Source of the DNA: Chiloscyllium plagiosum
Taxonomy: Eukaryota
Reading direction: 5' to 3'
NCBI RefSeq assembly: GCF_004010195.1
Contig: NW_025215017.1
Location: forward strand, 1-58,932
Length of the DNA: 58,932 bases
Shown here: piece by piece, positions 24,266-38,550 of the stretch
Position numbering within the stretch: position 1 is the stretch's first letter
Layout of the letters: each line of letters opens with the position of its first letter
Position numbers and translations under genes: made by a program
Notes under the pieces: generated by a model
Told to the model about the DNA's origin: nothing
Databases searched by the model: none
The model's input: only the letters and a program-made list of their open reading frames with translations

Positions 24266-27055
24266 GAAAGTTCAATTCTGAGCTGTATCAGTCGGAGGGC
24301 TGTGAGGATAGAATGAGGAAGATGGAGTCCTGTTTTAAGAATTTGGACCTTTCGGGTGTAACCTCTCAGAATCCTTTTTGAGTGCTCCCTTGAGAATTCA
24401 GGAAGTGCAGGAGATGGTAAGGCTGCTCCAGAGTGGTAAAGTGCCTGGACCAAATGGATTTCAATGCGAGTTCTGTAAGGAGTTTATAGACTAATTGGCC
24501 GGGCCACACTTGAATATGTACAATTATTCATTCAGTCAGGGTAGCCTCCCATCCTCTTTGAGAGAAGCAAATATCTGTCTTATCCTTAAGAAAGGGAAAG
24601 CCCCAGAAGATTGTACTTTGTAGAGGCCTATATCGTTATTGAATGTGGATTTCAAAACCCTGTTGAAAATGTTAGCATTAAGGCTGAGAGGTTATTGCTG
24701 TTTATTGTAAAGAAGAACCAGACGTGGTTTATTAAGGGTTGTAGGTCTACCAATAATATTAGAAGAGTATTAAATATGGTTCAAGTATGTCAGCAAAGAG
24801 CGATATCAGGTTTGGTAGTTTCCCTTGACGCAGAGAAAGTGTTTGACTGAATGGAATGGCTGTACCTTTTTTATGTCAGAGAACGGTTTGGTCTTGGAGA
24901 GGTTTTTACCAAATGGTGGCTGTGCTGTATAACGACCCGAAAGCACCAGTGCTCACAAATGGCATAAGATGAGATAGTTTTAGTGTCGGCAGAGGCTGTT
25001 GTCAAGGGTGCCCTCTTTCACCACTATTATTTACACAGGTGATCAAGCCACTGGCAGAAGCCATTCAGATCCCAGTATAACGGCTCGGAAGTAGGATCAG
25101 GCAAGCGTAAAATTATTCTTTATGCGGATTATGTCCTTCTCTTTTTAACTGATCCAATGGCATCTGTGCTCTGCTTAATACAAGTGGTTAGTTTATTTGG
25201 TGTGTTTTCAGGGTACAAAGTTATTTCATGAAATCAGAGGCCATGCCTATGTGGTGACTTACAAGTATGTCCAGCTTTGAGGATGGAACCTGTTTCCCCT
25301 TTTGGTGGTCACAGGGAGGTTTTTTTTTTTGTGTACTTAGGCATTTTTATTACCCTGGTTTTGATCAGTTATATAAAGCTAATTATGTGCAGTTGTTAGA
25401 GAAAATTAGGCAGGGAGGATCTTCCAATATCTTGGTTGGGCAGAATAGTTCTGGACAAAATTAATGTTCTTCCTCACCTATTATATCCCATGAGAATGCT
25501 CCCTTTGATGCTGCCAAGGCAAGCGCTGCGCAGGCTTTATAACTGGCTTGGATCTTTTATTTGGCATCATAGGCGACCTCTTATTAAGCTGGACAAATTG
25601 TAGCTTTTACAACAAAGGGGTGGGGGGGGAGTTTAGATTTTCTGAACTTTAGGAATCACTGTACAAGTCCGATTGTCCTAAACAGTGAAAGCTTGGAGGA
25701 TGATGTGGCAGGGTGAGGGCAATTTACAAAAAAACCTCCCCTTTCAGCCCTATAGTGGGAATGTTGGATTTTAGCCAGGTTTAATGGACTCTGGCTTTAA
25801 GCTTCGGGAGACCAGAGGAATCTCCTGTTTGGGAGACCTATTCGATGGGGAGGTCACGACGTCATTCGAACAGATAGGTCAGAAGTTCGGCCTACCTGGG
25901 AAGGAGCTCCTTCGATATTACCTAGTTAGAGACTTTGTACAAAAAAAAGACTACATTGATGGTTAATTCTGACAAATTGGACATGGAGAGGAGAGTCAGC
26001 AGGCACCCCCTTGCTTAGCACTCTCTGTCACTTACTAGCTAGGAACGTGTCGAAGGTCATGAAACGACTGTATAAAACCTGGACTCAAGAGTTAGGGGTG
26101 GAAGTCTCCAAAGGGTAATGTGTGAGGACATTTTGGAAAATGTTATCAAGATCTCTATTTGTATTAAGTCTCAGGCTATTCATTTGAAGGTACTCCATAA
26201 GGCCCACCTGGCACCAGAATGGCTTGCGAAGTTTAAGACAGGAGCGTCCCCAATGTGTCCCAAGTGTAAAACGAAGATTGGTACTCTTACCCACTGTTTA
26301 TGGACATGCCACATGATCCGCAGGTATTGGGATGATGTAGCGAGTGCTTTGGCATAAGTTTTGAGAACTGAGATTGAGTTGAATCTGGTGTCCTTCCTTT
26401 TGGTTTTCCAAATCTTCCCTCCCTGGATGTACATGTTTACTATTCTCTCTTTCTGCATGAGGAAGAACATTTTAATGAGCTGGGTAACGGAGAATCCCCC
26501 AGGACTCTCGAGCTGGCATAGGATAGTTTTGGAACACATCCCCTTTGACTTCCTTACAAGTAGGATGCACTAGAAAATGGAATTGTTTCACTGAACATGG
26601 CGGCCCTTTTTGTATTATATCGATGTAGACACATCGGCTACCTCCAGGGCCTTTGTCTAGCCGTGAGAACTGTGCCTGACAGTTTGGGGGCCCATGGGAG
26701 GAAGAATCCCGCTTAAGTACAGGTCTACTCACTGTTGCTCCCAGTGTTGGGGAGCTGTGATGAGAGTGCGCTGAGTGTAGTAATTGTAACTTAAGCTACC
26801 TTGTTATAACTTGGTATAATTTTATTTTGTCTGTTTATTTTTTTTTCTTCTTTCATATTGGTTATTTATTGAACTGTAGTTTTTACAGAATTTTTAAAAT
26901 TCTTGTTGTGTTTTGGTAGTTTGTGGAATAGATTAGTTTTTTTTTGTTTTGTTGTTGCTATTATACTGTACAGTGGTCACACTGTTTTGTACAAGTTTTA
27001 TAATTTTGTAAAAAACCTAAAAAAAAATTTCAAAATAAAAATATTTATAAAAAAA
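24266..27055 (+). mobile_element. L1-clade LINE, 5'-truncated and decayed (RT + CCHC + 3' UTR/polyA)
   Basis: LQSGKVPGPNGF (about 24430), RPISLLNVDFK, VSLDAEKVFD, RGCCQGCPLSPLLF (about 24991), LYAD, CPKCKTKIGTLTHCLWTC; T-rich UTR, AATAAA 27034-27039, A tail. Confidence 0.88.
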
Positions 27056-27636
27056 TCTATTCATTTATCCTCTCCCAAAAAGGTTCCTCCAAGATCAGTT
27101 GTAAATTTCACTTTTTGTTCATTTTCCCAGATGCACTCCAATGTCTGGTGATACATGAATTCAACAGCAAAGGCAGTAACTGTGTAGGTTCACTGCTGTG
27201 TCAGTTAGCAGTGTGGGTTTCTTTCTCCCTCTCTCTCCTGCACAGACCATGTGCTGCCTTTGTCTGCTCCTCTCCCTTTTAACAGTGACGTTGTTTTGAC
27301 TTTTTTTTTCTCCAAAGTTCCAAAACAACGCAACAGCATATAAAACAGTAATTGCTGCTCCTGCAATTCGAAGAAATCACCTCCACCACCTAAAATACAT
27401 CAAAAAAGGAGCAGCTGTTACAGCCATACATTTTTCTCATCCTCCATCTTGGATTCTCCTATCTCGGTCCAGCTATCAACCTTACCTTCTAGTATAACTT
27501 ACTTTCCCATCTAACAACCAAAATGCCAGTCATGATGTTTTACATTTGTAAAAACCAGTGTTTTGTACCATATCATCAGTAACTGCACTCCCAGTGAGGA
27601 AATAAACAAAGTAGTGCATTCCCTCAGCTGAGCTAG

Positions 27637-27798
<162 letters not shown>

Positions 27799-28218
27799 TA
27801 ATTTTAATTTAAAATTGTGGAAGTATTCATGTGAGTTTATAGAAGGTACAGAAGATTCATATTTTCCAGTTAGTAAAATTCAGGATTGATCATACAGTAA
27901 CGGTAACAAATTAGGTGCTACAAGCCTGTATGATATTTTAATGAAAATACTCACCTATTTTGAGACTGCAGTGAAAATAATTTTATTATAGTGTTAATGT
28001 ATCACAATTATTGTATAGAATTCACCCTACACATGACTAAGATTGCATCAACCATAACAGCACTTCTGAATTTACCAAATGAGAACTGATTCAATTTTCC
28101 TCTTGGTTTTATTGGAATACTCAGCTATGTTCACTATTTCTATATGGGTAGGTTTCATCCATGTGTAACACACAAATAAACTGCATTCTGTTGCTGATGA
28201 CAAAAAAAGTAAGCACAC

Positions 28219-28803
28219 TGTTATAGACTAGGCCACACCCCTCAAAACATTTTTAAGCAGGTAGCCCAGACCGTAACTTTGCTTTTGCTTAGCTAGGTGT
28301 ATAGTAGATATTCCCGAAGTAAATTAGCTGGGTAAACTGCCAAGTTTTACACAAGCAAAATTTACTTTAAAATTACGGAATGAAACACAAAGAACAGAGA
28401 ACAGAATACTGGATAACTTTTCCTATCCAAATCTGACCTAATGATGCTGTTCCAAAAATACTTGCAACTGTCCCAATACACATATCCTTTTGCACAAATA
28501 GTAAAAAATTAAACGAACTAGAGCTTACAGGCTTGAAGTTAGAGAGGGCAGAAGAAGAGAGAGAAGCTTCCAATTTCTCCTCTGACTCTGACTCAAATCA
28601 CTCCCAAACTGAATTGAACTGCACAGCCAGAGAGCTGGCCACACCCCTTGACTACACCAGTTTTCACTATCTATTAGGGTAAACAACAAGGCCCCAATGA
28701 ACCATTCGAACTTCAGACACGATGGGGCCTAGCCAGTTACCCCCTCTCTGGAAAACAAAAACTCAGAGGCAAAGTAACCTTGTACCAAACCAGCATTGTG
28801 ACA
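28219..28803. mobile_element. Probable solo LTR
   Basis: 585 bp bounded by TGTTA...TGACA termini, non-coding; TSD not clean. Confidence 0.45.
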
Positions 28804-29246
28804 GATACCTCAGGAGAAAAGCTTAGATAATTCGAAGATAATATTAGATACAAAAGTTGTATTTTAAACCAAGTTTAAATCAAACAATCTGTAAGGAAGT
28901 TCTTGCAGAAAGTGTGAGGATGTTGCATTTTGTCTTTAAGGACGGGTGGATTGGGGTCATTGGGGATAAAAGAAACTGTTAAATATTACACCAATACCCA
29001 GTTTGCTTGCTGACCATTTTAATGGACACAGTTGACAAGTAGGCTTGTCAGAGACAGCTCAGTGAGTAAAATCTTCTTAAAAAGCTAACTGCCTTAATTT
29101 GAACAGGGATTTTGTTTCATCCCATGCAGATTAACTGTGACTAAGTAATCCTGGCAGGTACAAAGAAGTGAGAAAGACCCGACCCGTGAGCTAAATGCTT
29201 TTATAGCACAATATGGACCAGGATGATCAGGAGTGTTTCCTCTAAG

Positions 29247-29461
29247 TCTAGATTAGAATGGTGCTGGAAAAGCACAGCAGGTCAGGCAGCAATCGAGGAG
29301 CAGGAAAATCAACATTTCAGTCCTATATTCCTGATGAAGGGCTTTTGCCCAAAACATCGATTTTCTTGCTCTTTGGATGCTGCCTGGCCTGCTGTGCGTT
29401 TCCAGCACCATTCTAATCTAGACTCTGGTTTCTAGCATCTGCAGTCCTTGTTTTTACCTAA
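29247..29461 (+). mobile_element. Fold-back PLE terminal-repeat insertion with decayed hammerhead motif
   Basis: TSD tgtttcctctaag (29234-29246/29462-29474); inverted arms about 29245-29310 / 29359-29424; CTGATGA-A-GGGC-TTTT-GCCC-aAAAC at 29331. Confidence 0.85.
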
Positions 29462-29489
29462 TGTTTCCTCTAAGCCCAATAAGCCTAAA

Positions 29490-32400
29490 TCTTAACATGC
29501 TCCATGATTGGTAGATTTCAGAACCTTCCTGCCATTCAGTGCATCAAAACCATTCTGAAATTCGGTCATGACTGATCCTCTATCTCAACATCATTAGTGT
29601 TTTCTCTCCGTAAGCCTCAATATTCTTCACTTATAGAAATCAGTTTTCTTCAGTATATTCAGTGACTTTGCCTCTGCAGTGTTCTGTGATAGACAATTCC
29701 ATCAATTCACCATCCTCTGAGTGAAGAGCAATGCAAGATTTGTGAAGAGCAATATTGTAATTTTGAGACCATGACCTCTATTCCGGTCTCCCTAGCCAAG
29801 GGAAGCATTAACCCTATATCCAATCTGACCAGTCCTGTCAGAATTGTCAACATTTCATTGAGATCCCTCTCATTCTTCTAAACTCCAGTTAATACAGGCC
29901 CAGCTGTTCGAATCTCTCCTCCTATGAAAAACCAAGAAATCAATCAGTGAACCTTTGCTGCACTCATTCTATGACAAGTATATCTTTTATTGGGTAAAGA
30001 GCTGCTGAATTGCACAAAGCACTCCAGGTGTGGTCTTAGCAAAGCCCTGTATAGCTGCAGTGAGATTTGCTTGTTCCTGCCCTCAAGCTCTCTTGCAGTG
30101 AAGACCAACAAACGTTTTGGCTTTCTAACTGCCTGCTGCACCTGCATATTTGTGTTCAATGGTGTAAACTCATGTCCCTTTGTACATCAACCTTTCCCAG
30201 ACTATCACCATTTAAATAATACTCTGCCGTTCTGTTTTCCTGCTGAAGTGGACAACTTCACATTTAGGTCAGCGAGCATCCAAGGAGCAGGAGAATTGAC
30301 ATTTTGGGTATAAGCCCTTCATCAGGGCTTATGCCGGAAACATCAATTTTCCTGCTGAACTTATGCTGCCTGATCTGCTGTGCCTTTCCAGCATCACACA
30401 CTCAACTCTGATCTCTAGCATCTGCAGTTCTCACTTTCTCCAATTTCACATTTATCCATGTTATACTGCATACTTGCCCACTCACTCAACTTGTCAAAAT
30501 GTCCCTGAAGCCTCTTTATATCCTCCTCATCACTCACACCCATCTAGGTTTGATTTCCTCAAAATTGATGACGTGTATTGTGAATGGCTGGGGCCCAAGC
30601 ATTGGTCCCTGTAGCAATCCATTTTTCACAGCCTTCCACTCCAAAAATTATCAATTTGTTCCTATTCTCTGTTTCCTGTCTGCAAACCAATTCTCAATCC
30701 ATGCCAGTATATTACCATCAATCCCAGTGCTTTGATTTTGCACAAAAATCTCTTAGGTGGGACTTTGTCAAATGCTTTCTGAAAATCCAAATACACCACA
30801 TTACTTTTTATTCGCTCATGGGATGTGGGCATCGTTGGCTGTGCAAGGACTTATTGCCCATCCCTAGCTCCCCTTGAGAAGGTGGTGGTGAGGTGGCTTC
30901 TTCAACCCCAGCTGTCCACTTGGTGTAGATGCACCCACTATGTTGTTATGGAGAGAGTTCCTGATTTTGACCTAGTGACACTGAAGGAATGGCTATATAC
31001 TTCCAAGTAACAATGATGAGTGGCTTTGAGGGAACTTGCGGTTGTGGTGTTCCCATGTAGCTGCTGCTCTTGGCCTGGTAGAAGTTGTGGTTTTGGAAGT
31101 TGTTGTTAAAGGAACCTTGATGCTTGATCTTGTAGAGCTATGGTCTCCAAAATGTAGATTCCAATCAAGTGGTCAATCATAGACTCTCTGACAGTTGGTC
31201 TCATCACCTACCCAAATAGATCACATCCACTGGCTGTCCTTGGTCTAACTTGCTCCTGACTTACTCAAAGAATTCTAACACATTTTTCAGGCATGGCTTC
31301 CCCTTGACAAAGCCATGCTGACTCTGCCCTATTTCAGCATGGACTTTCAAGTTCTCCACAATCTCATCCTTAATACTGGATTCTAAAATCTTAGCAATGA
31401 CTGGGATCAGGCCAACCAGTTTATAATTTCCCATCTTTTGCCTCACTCCCTTTTTAAACATGGGTGTTACATTACTGTTTTCCAGTCCTCTGAGACTCTC
31501 CCTGATTCCAGTGTTCCTGAAAGATCACCACCAATGCTTCCATAATCTCCTCAGCTATCTTCTTCAGAACTCTGGGGTGTAGTCCATCTGGTGCAGGTGA
31601 TTCATCTGTATTCAGACCTTTCAGCTTCCCCAAGACTTGATGGTCAGTACACACACCTCTGCCCCTTGATTCTCTTGAGGTTCTGGTATGCTACTGGTGT
31701 CTTCTACCACGAAGAGTGCTGCAAAATGTCTAATTCAGTTCTTCCATCATTTCTTTTCTCTCTATTACTACTTCTCCAGTCTCATTTTCCAGAGGTCCAA
31801 TGTCCACTCTTGCCTATCTCTTATGTTTTACATGTCTAAAAAGAAACTATTTCAGTCTTTTATATTGCTAGCTAGCTTACCCTCATATTTAAAATTCATC
31901 CCCTCCACCCCGTTGCCATTTTAGTTATCCTCTGCTGATTTTTTTTAAAGCCTTCCCAATCCACTGACTTTCTACTGGGGTTCCCTGCTTTCTATACTTG
32001 TTCTTTGCTTTTATCTTATCTCTGACTATCAATTGTTAGTCAAGGCTGCCATGTCCTCTCCTTAATATGTTTCTTCTTCCTTGGGATTAATTTCTGCTGT
32101 ACCTCTCAAATTACCCCCAGAAACTACTGCTAACACTACTCCACTGTCATCCTTGCTCGGCTCTCCTTCCAAACAACTCTGGCCAGCTCTTCCCTCAGGT
32201 CTGTTACCTTTACTCTATTGTAATGCTATTACATCTGATTTCAGCTTCTCGCTTTCACCCTACAGTTTGAAAGCGTCATATTATGGTCACTGCTTTCTCA
32301 GGGTTCTTTCATCTTAAGCTCCAAAATTAAGTCTGCCTCACTACACATCATCAAATCCAGAATTGCCTGTTCACTAGTGGGCTCTATCACAAACTGCTGC

Positions 32401-33720
32401 AAAAAAAGATCTCCTAGACATTCCACCAATTCTGTTTCTTAGGATCCACTACCAAGCTGATTTTCTCAGTGAACCTGCATATTTGAAGTTCCTGCATAAT
32501 TATTATAATAGTGCCTTTCTTACAAACTTTTTTCTAACTTGTGATTTATTTTCCATCCCACATCCTTTCTACTGCTAGGAAGCCTGTAAATAATTCCCTT
32601 CAGAGATTTTTTCCCCCTTTGTGGTTCCTTGGAATCTATGCCATCTGACCCTACATCACATTGATTTAATTTCATTTCTTACCTTTGAGGCAATCCTGTC
32701 CCCTCTGCCCACCTACCTATCCTTTCAATAGGCTGTGTACACTTGCTTGCAAACATGTCTCTATGATGACCACAAAATCATACCTGCCAGTTGCAATCTG
32801 CACTACAAGTTCATTGTTTCTTATACTACATGCGTATACATACAGCACCCTCAGCCCTGCATTGACCACCCCCCTTCTCAAAATTGCCCTTTATCTGCTG
32901 TGCGTGAAGTTAGATTCCTGACCCTCTCTGTACTCTCTGTCCTATTACTTGTTCTGGAAACTTCAGTTATCTGTCCTGGGCTCCCCTTCCTCCACTCCTA
33001 CCAAGACCACCAATTTAACTTTTTCCAGAATTTTGCATGCAACTTGACCCTCCTCCCAACCCCCAACTATTTAATTTAAAGTATTAGTTACGTGATTTTC
33101 CAGGATCCTGGTCCCAGCATTATTCAGGTGAAGCCTGTCCCATTGGTAAGCCTCCCTCCTTCCCTAGTACTGGTGCCAATGTCCCATGAGTTTGAATCTT
33201 TTTCTTCCGCACCAATTGTTGAGCCACAAATTTTTCTGTTTGTATACAATTTGAAGCTCTTGTCGCCTTTTAGGTTACTTGAAAATTTGCTCTCATACTC
33301 CTAATTTTCCCCTTTTAAACAATCCGATGGTCCTTCTTTGCTGACTTCTAAATTGTTCCAAGTCCTCAGGCTTTCTACTTGAGCTACTTTATGTGACTCC
33401 TGTAGATCCAATACTGTTCTTAATTTCTTTGATTAACCATGGTTGGGCCACTTTTTCGTTGTCTTCTTTTGCCCATAATGAATGTATAATTGCTGCAATG
33501 CATGCATTTCTTCTTCAAGTATTAACCAATTCTTGTCCATTGTCATTCTTTTTAATGAGGTTACCCAGTCTATCGCCACTTCTTGACCCTGATACTCTCA
33601 CATTTCCTTTTCTCTAGATTTAGGTCCCTGATTTTGGTTTGGACAACTACACTTTCTATCCCAATGAAAGAAATCTGTCATGTTATAGGCTTTTTTTCAA
33701 AAGGAACCCCCACGTTTTCA
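29490..33720 (-). mobile_element. Cluster of decayed CR1 LINE segments with inserted family-B 3' end (about 30805-31180) and a PLE insert
   Basis: ORF remnants QLYRALLRPHLECFVQF, FKKGVRQKMGNYKLVGL..QSQHGFVKGKPCL, DESPAPDGLHPRVLK; internal boundaries approximate. Confidence 0.8.
30267..30440 (+). mobile_element. Fold-back PLE terminal-repeat insertion inside CR1
   Basis: TSD caa(c/t)ttcacattta (30253-30266/30441-30454); inverted arms; decayed hammerhead on - strand (cctgatgaagggcttatacccaaaatgtc). Confidence 0.82.
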
Positions 33721-33843
33721 AGTCTGAGAGTAAATGATAGGGGCATATTTTCAGTAATTACTTTCAAAAGGCAATACAAATTTGCATTACATTGTTTTTC
33801 AAATGTACATCTATTATAAACCTTGTTTATAAACGTAACAACT

Positions 33844-34050
33844 GGGCGGCACGGTGGCACAGCAGTTAGCACTGCTGCCTCACAGCACCAGAGTCCCAGG
33901 TTCAATTCCCGCCTCAGGCGACTGACTGTGTGGAGTTTGCATATTCTCCCCGTGTNNNNNNNNNNNNNNNNNNNNNNNNNNNNNNNNNNNTCGGTGTGGA
34001 CTTGTTGGGCCGAAGGGCCTGTTTCCACACTGTAAAGTAATCTAATCTAA
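33844..34050 (+). mobile_element. HE1 SINE (young) containing an assembly gap
   Basis: gggcggcacggtggcacag A box, ggttcaattccc B box, tail gggccgaagggcctgtttccacactgta + (aatct)n; 35 Ns at 33956-33990. Confidence 0.9.
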
Positions 34051-34080
34051 AAAACTGAGGACCAAGAATAAGTATGTACT

Positions 34081-34186
34081 CAACGTTCTGAGGAAGAATC
34101 ACTGGACCTGAAATGTTAACTATGATGTCTCTCCACAGATACTGCCAAACCTGCTGAGCTTTTGTAGCAGTTGTTTTTTGTTTCTG
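34081..34186 (+). mobile_element. PLE terminal-repeat insertion (second family) with hammerhead-like remnant
   Basis: Perfect TSD ataagtatgtact (34068-34080/34187-34199); gtt-CTGAGGA-agaatcactggacct-GAAA-tg-tt-aac. Confidence 0.8.
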
Positions 34187-34229
34187 ATAAGTATGTACTT
34201 CATTTATTTTCCTCATATCTTGTTTTTAA

Positions 34230-34463
<234 letters not shown>

Positions 34464-34959
34464 TGAGGTAATTCTCCAAATAAATATGTTCTTGATTTGC
34501 AGAATTAATATCACATATAGAAAAGATCAGACTCAAGACTATAATCCTAAGAATTTGTCATCAGACTTTCAGTTTTGATATATCCACTGATCATTGGTTT
34601 CAGTAACCTATGTAATAAAAATAAAATTTTATTCAGTAGATGACACTCAAAAAGAAAACAAAACCTTGTGGTATAGATTGTATGTAATGCTACTGTTTCA
34701 CAAGTGCGATATGGTGGAATGCATACTAATTTTGCTTTTTCTTCTTGTGAAGAGATCTTAGTTTGCAAGACCAATGTTTATTACTGATCCTAGCTTCCTC
34801 TTGAGAAGGTAGCATTTTAATCCATTTCAGGGATGGTTAAAAATAAGCTACACTGATGTGACGCTAGAGGCAGTCTGGGTTATGACGTCAGTATGTTTGC
34901 TGTTTGCAAAGCCTCAAATATTTTCAAATTTGATAATTTAAAATTTAATTAAGTTCATT

Positions 34960-35184
34960 GTCGAAGAGTGTGGCGATGGAAATGCATAGTCGGTCAGGCG
35001 GCATCTGAGGAGCAGGAGAGTCGACATTTCAGGTGTAAACCCTTCATCAGGAATCCCGGTGAAGGACTTATGCCTGAATTGTCGATTCTCTTTTTCCTTG
35101 GATGCTGCCTGACCAGCTGTGCTTTTCCAGCACCACGCTCTTCCACTCTGATATCCAGAATTTGCAGTCCTTGCTTTCTCCTAG
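34960..35184 (+). mobile_element. Fold-back PLE terminal-repeat insertion, two divergent decayed hammerhead motifs
   Basis: Perfect 15-bp TSD ttaattaagttcatt (34945-34959/35185-35199); arms symmetric about ggaatcc. Confidence 0.85.
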
Positions 35185-35387
35185 TTAATTAAGTTCATTT
35201 CCTGGTAATATATTGAGCAGAGCAAATAGTTGAAATTGTTTTCATTATTTAATGTGTTATCTTTTGGATAATGGTTCCAAGATGGATTAAAAGGGCAGTT
35301 TGCAACCTTGGAATAAATAGGAATACTGTTTGTGTTCAGATTTACAGTGCAAAATTCATGTGTTTTGTGTTATGACTTTTACAGTAA

Positions 35388-35609
<222 letters not shown>

Positions 35610-35764
35610 TAATATAATGAGTTTTTCCATCCATATCTTTAATGCATTTTATGTTCTCTGTGGGAAACATCTTGATTTAATGTAAAGTATAAGAAAGGCA
35701 ATTAGGACTTTTGTGTTGGAAAAGTGTTCCAGTAAAATATTTGGGTTGTACTAATTGTCACAAA

Positions 35765-36470
35765 GAATCTCAGAATTGTGGTGGTATAGAAGGAGTCCAT
35801 TTGACCATCATACCTGCACTGTCTCTATGAATGAGCATTATGATTCAGTGCCATTTTCCTGCTGTTTCTCTGAAATCCTGAATATTGTATCTATTTAAAT
35901 AATAATTGAATACCCTATCTATGTATCAAGTTCTCTTATGATTTTGAAGAATTGTCAAATCTCCTCTTGGCCTTCTGTCCAAGGAAAACAGTCCCAACCT
36001 CTCCAATCTGTCTTCATAACTGAAGCTTCTCATCCTTGGGTAAACCATTCTCAAAACTTCTTCTGCATTCTATCCAATGTAATCACATTCTTCCAAAATG
36101 GTGGTGTCCAGACTGTATTCAGTACTCCAGCTAAGGTCTAACCAGTGTCTCATGCAAAATCAGCTTAACCTCCTTGTTTCCATATTCTATGCTTTTATTA
36201 ATAAAGCCTACCATAGTGTATGCTTTATTAACTATGCTGTCCACCTTTAGTGATATACACCTTGGTCTGCTCCTGTCCACCTTTAAGGGTAGTGCCCCTT
36301 ATTTAAACTGTATCACCATGTTCTTTCTGCTGAAATGTATCATCTCAAACCTTCTTTGCATAGGAATAGGAATAGGCCAAAGAGCTCCACCAGTCCATAA
36401 CATCATGGCTGATCTGATATAGCTTTAACTCTACTAACCTGCTTGTTTCCATAGCCCCTGTTACTTTAAC
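35765..36470 (-). mobile_element. Decayed CR1 3' fragments
   Basis: Typical antisense CR1 3' sequence (aacagtcccaacctctccaatct, cagtactccagctaaggtctaaccagtg). Confidence 0.7.
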
Positions 36471-37234
36471 CAAGTTACCCTGGTCTTTACAAATTGACTT
36501 ATTGATTGCCAAATTTATGTGTTTGAATCTAGTTTCTGTAGGTAGAACTGGATCTGCAAGTTTGTCACTAGCCTATAAGAACCAGATTTAGCAGCATTAA
36601 TGTCAGAATTTATTTGATGCTGGGCTCCTGCAATCTAATTTAAAAGAAGCCTATAGAAGAGCCCCACAATTACATTAAGGTATATAAATAATTGAACAGT
36701 GCCATCTACAGCTTGATTAAATTGCTTTTTAGAATCTCAGCCAAAAGAAAATATTCTCACTAAAACAGATATTTAAATCCTATGTTTGAAATTGTATAAT
36801 TTTTTGGTGAAAGTTGTATTATTTTCTTAATCTAGTGTTTCATAATTAAATCTGAATAATAATGAGAAACAATGACTTGGGAGGAATAATTTGAATTTCA
36901 AGGACAGATGCGCCTTTTCAGAGTTAAGTTCTACTGGGGATTTTCAGCATAAACCCCACAAATGCGACCTTCAGAGCAGCACTACAAGAGACTGGGATGT
37001 ATTTAAAGGAACAGAACTACTCCAAAAGTAGCAAAGATTGCTTTTTTTGTACATCATTTTAAGGGAATTGATTATGACTTGGAGCAGAATTGCTCTTGTC
37101 ATTTTAGTTACAGAGGTATCAGACCACATGGACAAAAAGCTAAAAGAGATAAAAAAACCAATAATTTCTTTGCTCTCAAAGTCATTAAAATTTAATGTTG
37201 CTAATAAACTCCTTGAGGAAATTGGTTACATAAA

Positions 37235-37545
37235 AGTTTAGACACTGGCCTGTCAATATTAAGGGGTGACGATCTAAGACTGAGATGAGCAGGAATTTCT
37301 TCTCTCAGAGGGTTGAGGGCTTTTGGAACTCCTTGCCAGAGAGAGAGAGAGAGAGAGAGAGAATGCTTTGGGGGCAGAGTCCTTGAGTATATTTAAGGCT
37401 GAGATAGATTCTTGACCAGTAGGAGGATAAAGGATTACTGGGAAAGGGCAGAAAAGTAGGTGTGAGAAATATCAGATCAGCCATGATCCTATTGAATGGT
37501 GAAGCAGGCTCAAGGGGCCAATCAGCCTGTTCCTTATGGTATCCC
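37235..37545 (+). mobile_element. CR1 3' end with internal (GA)n microsatellite
   Basis: gactgagatgagcaggaatttcttctctcagaggg...atatttaaggctgagatagatt...gatcagccatgatc; (GA)n at about 37338-37361. Confidence 0.8.
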
Positions 37546-37781
37546 TGAAGTCAAAATCTATGACTATGCATTTTAAAAATCAAGATGGTCAGTTTTTACA
37601 AGTACTGATAACTGAAAGTACATCTCAGTGTTGTCCTTATGCTATAAATGAAGTCAATGAACGCTACAGTTTTTGAATTTCTAAATGTACTTTTCATCAG
37701 TATATCTATGAATGGAATGATTACATAGTCCTTAATGCAAATCACAGTATTCCAAGATGTGAACTATATTTTTTTAAGTAG

Positions 37782-37979
<198 letters not shown>

Positions 37980-38415
37980 TAAAATTAATGTAAAGTCAAT
38001 TGTTATGCATTTTCATGTTTATTATAGAATCATTCTGCAGAAAAGGAGACCATTCTAGCCATTTTACCTGGACCAGCTCTTTTGAAAGAACTATTAATCA
38101 CACACTCTGTTCATTTCTCATATGCATGGGAATATTTCCTCTTGAAGTAGCTATTCAGTTTCCTTTTAAAATTTATTATTGAATCTGCTGCCATCATCTT
38201 CTTTGACAGTCCAACCCAGAGGAGAGTGCAGTGCCCATGTGTCGATTCATATTATACATGCACAAAAATATCAGTTGAAAATTATGGGATACTTTGTCCG
38301 TCTGTTATTTGTTAATCTCAAAACAGGGACTGGTCACCTAGTTACCCTAATAATACTGTAAGTCAAGTCTTATATGTTTTTCCTTTCTGCCATTTTGACA
38401 TGATTTTTTTTGTGA

Positions 38416-38550
38416 TAAGCAGGAGGCAAGAAGAACACAGCAAGCCAAGCCGCATCAGGAGGTGGAGAGCTGCTTGGCTTGCTGTGTTGTTCCAGTCACC
38501 TGCCTGTTTACTTTGGATTCTAGCATCTGCAGTTTTTTTTTGTCTCTAAC
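38416..38550 (+). mobile_element. Fold-back PLE terminal-repeat fragment (third variant)
   Basis: aacacagcaagccaagc / gcttggcttgctgtgtt inverted arms, followed by tagcatctgcag. Confidence 0.7.

Noticed and set aside
29247..29461. Fold-back units as MITEs or miRNA precursors
   Set aside because: Arms are asymmetric with variable breakpoints and variable long TSDs, and the sequence is contiguous with a PLE ORF at 57920, which fits retrotransposition rather than cut-and-paste TIRs.
33844..33915. tRNA gene
   Set aside because: The A/B boxes belong to the tRNA-derived head of an HE1 SINE, followed by SINE core and LINE-derived tail.
33956..33990. N run as a biological feature
   Set aside because: Assembly gap inside a high-copy SINE.
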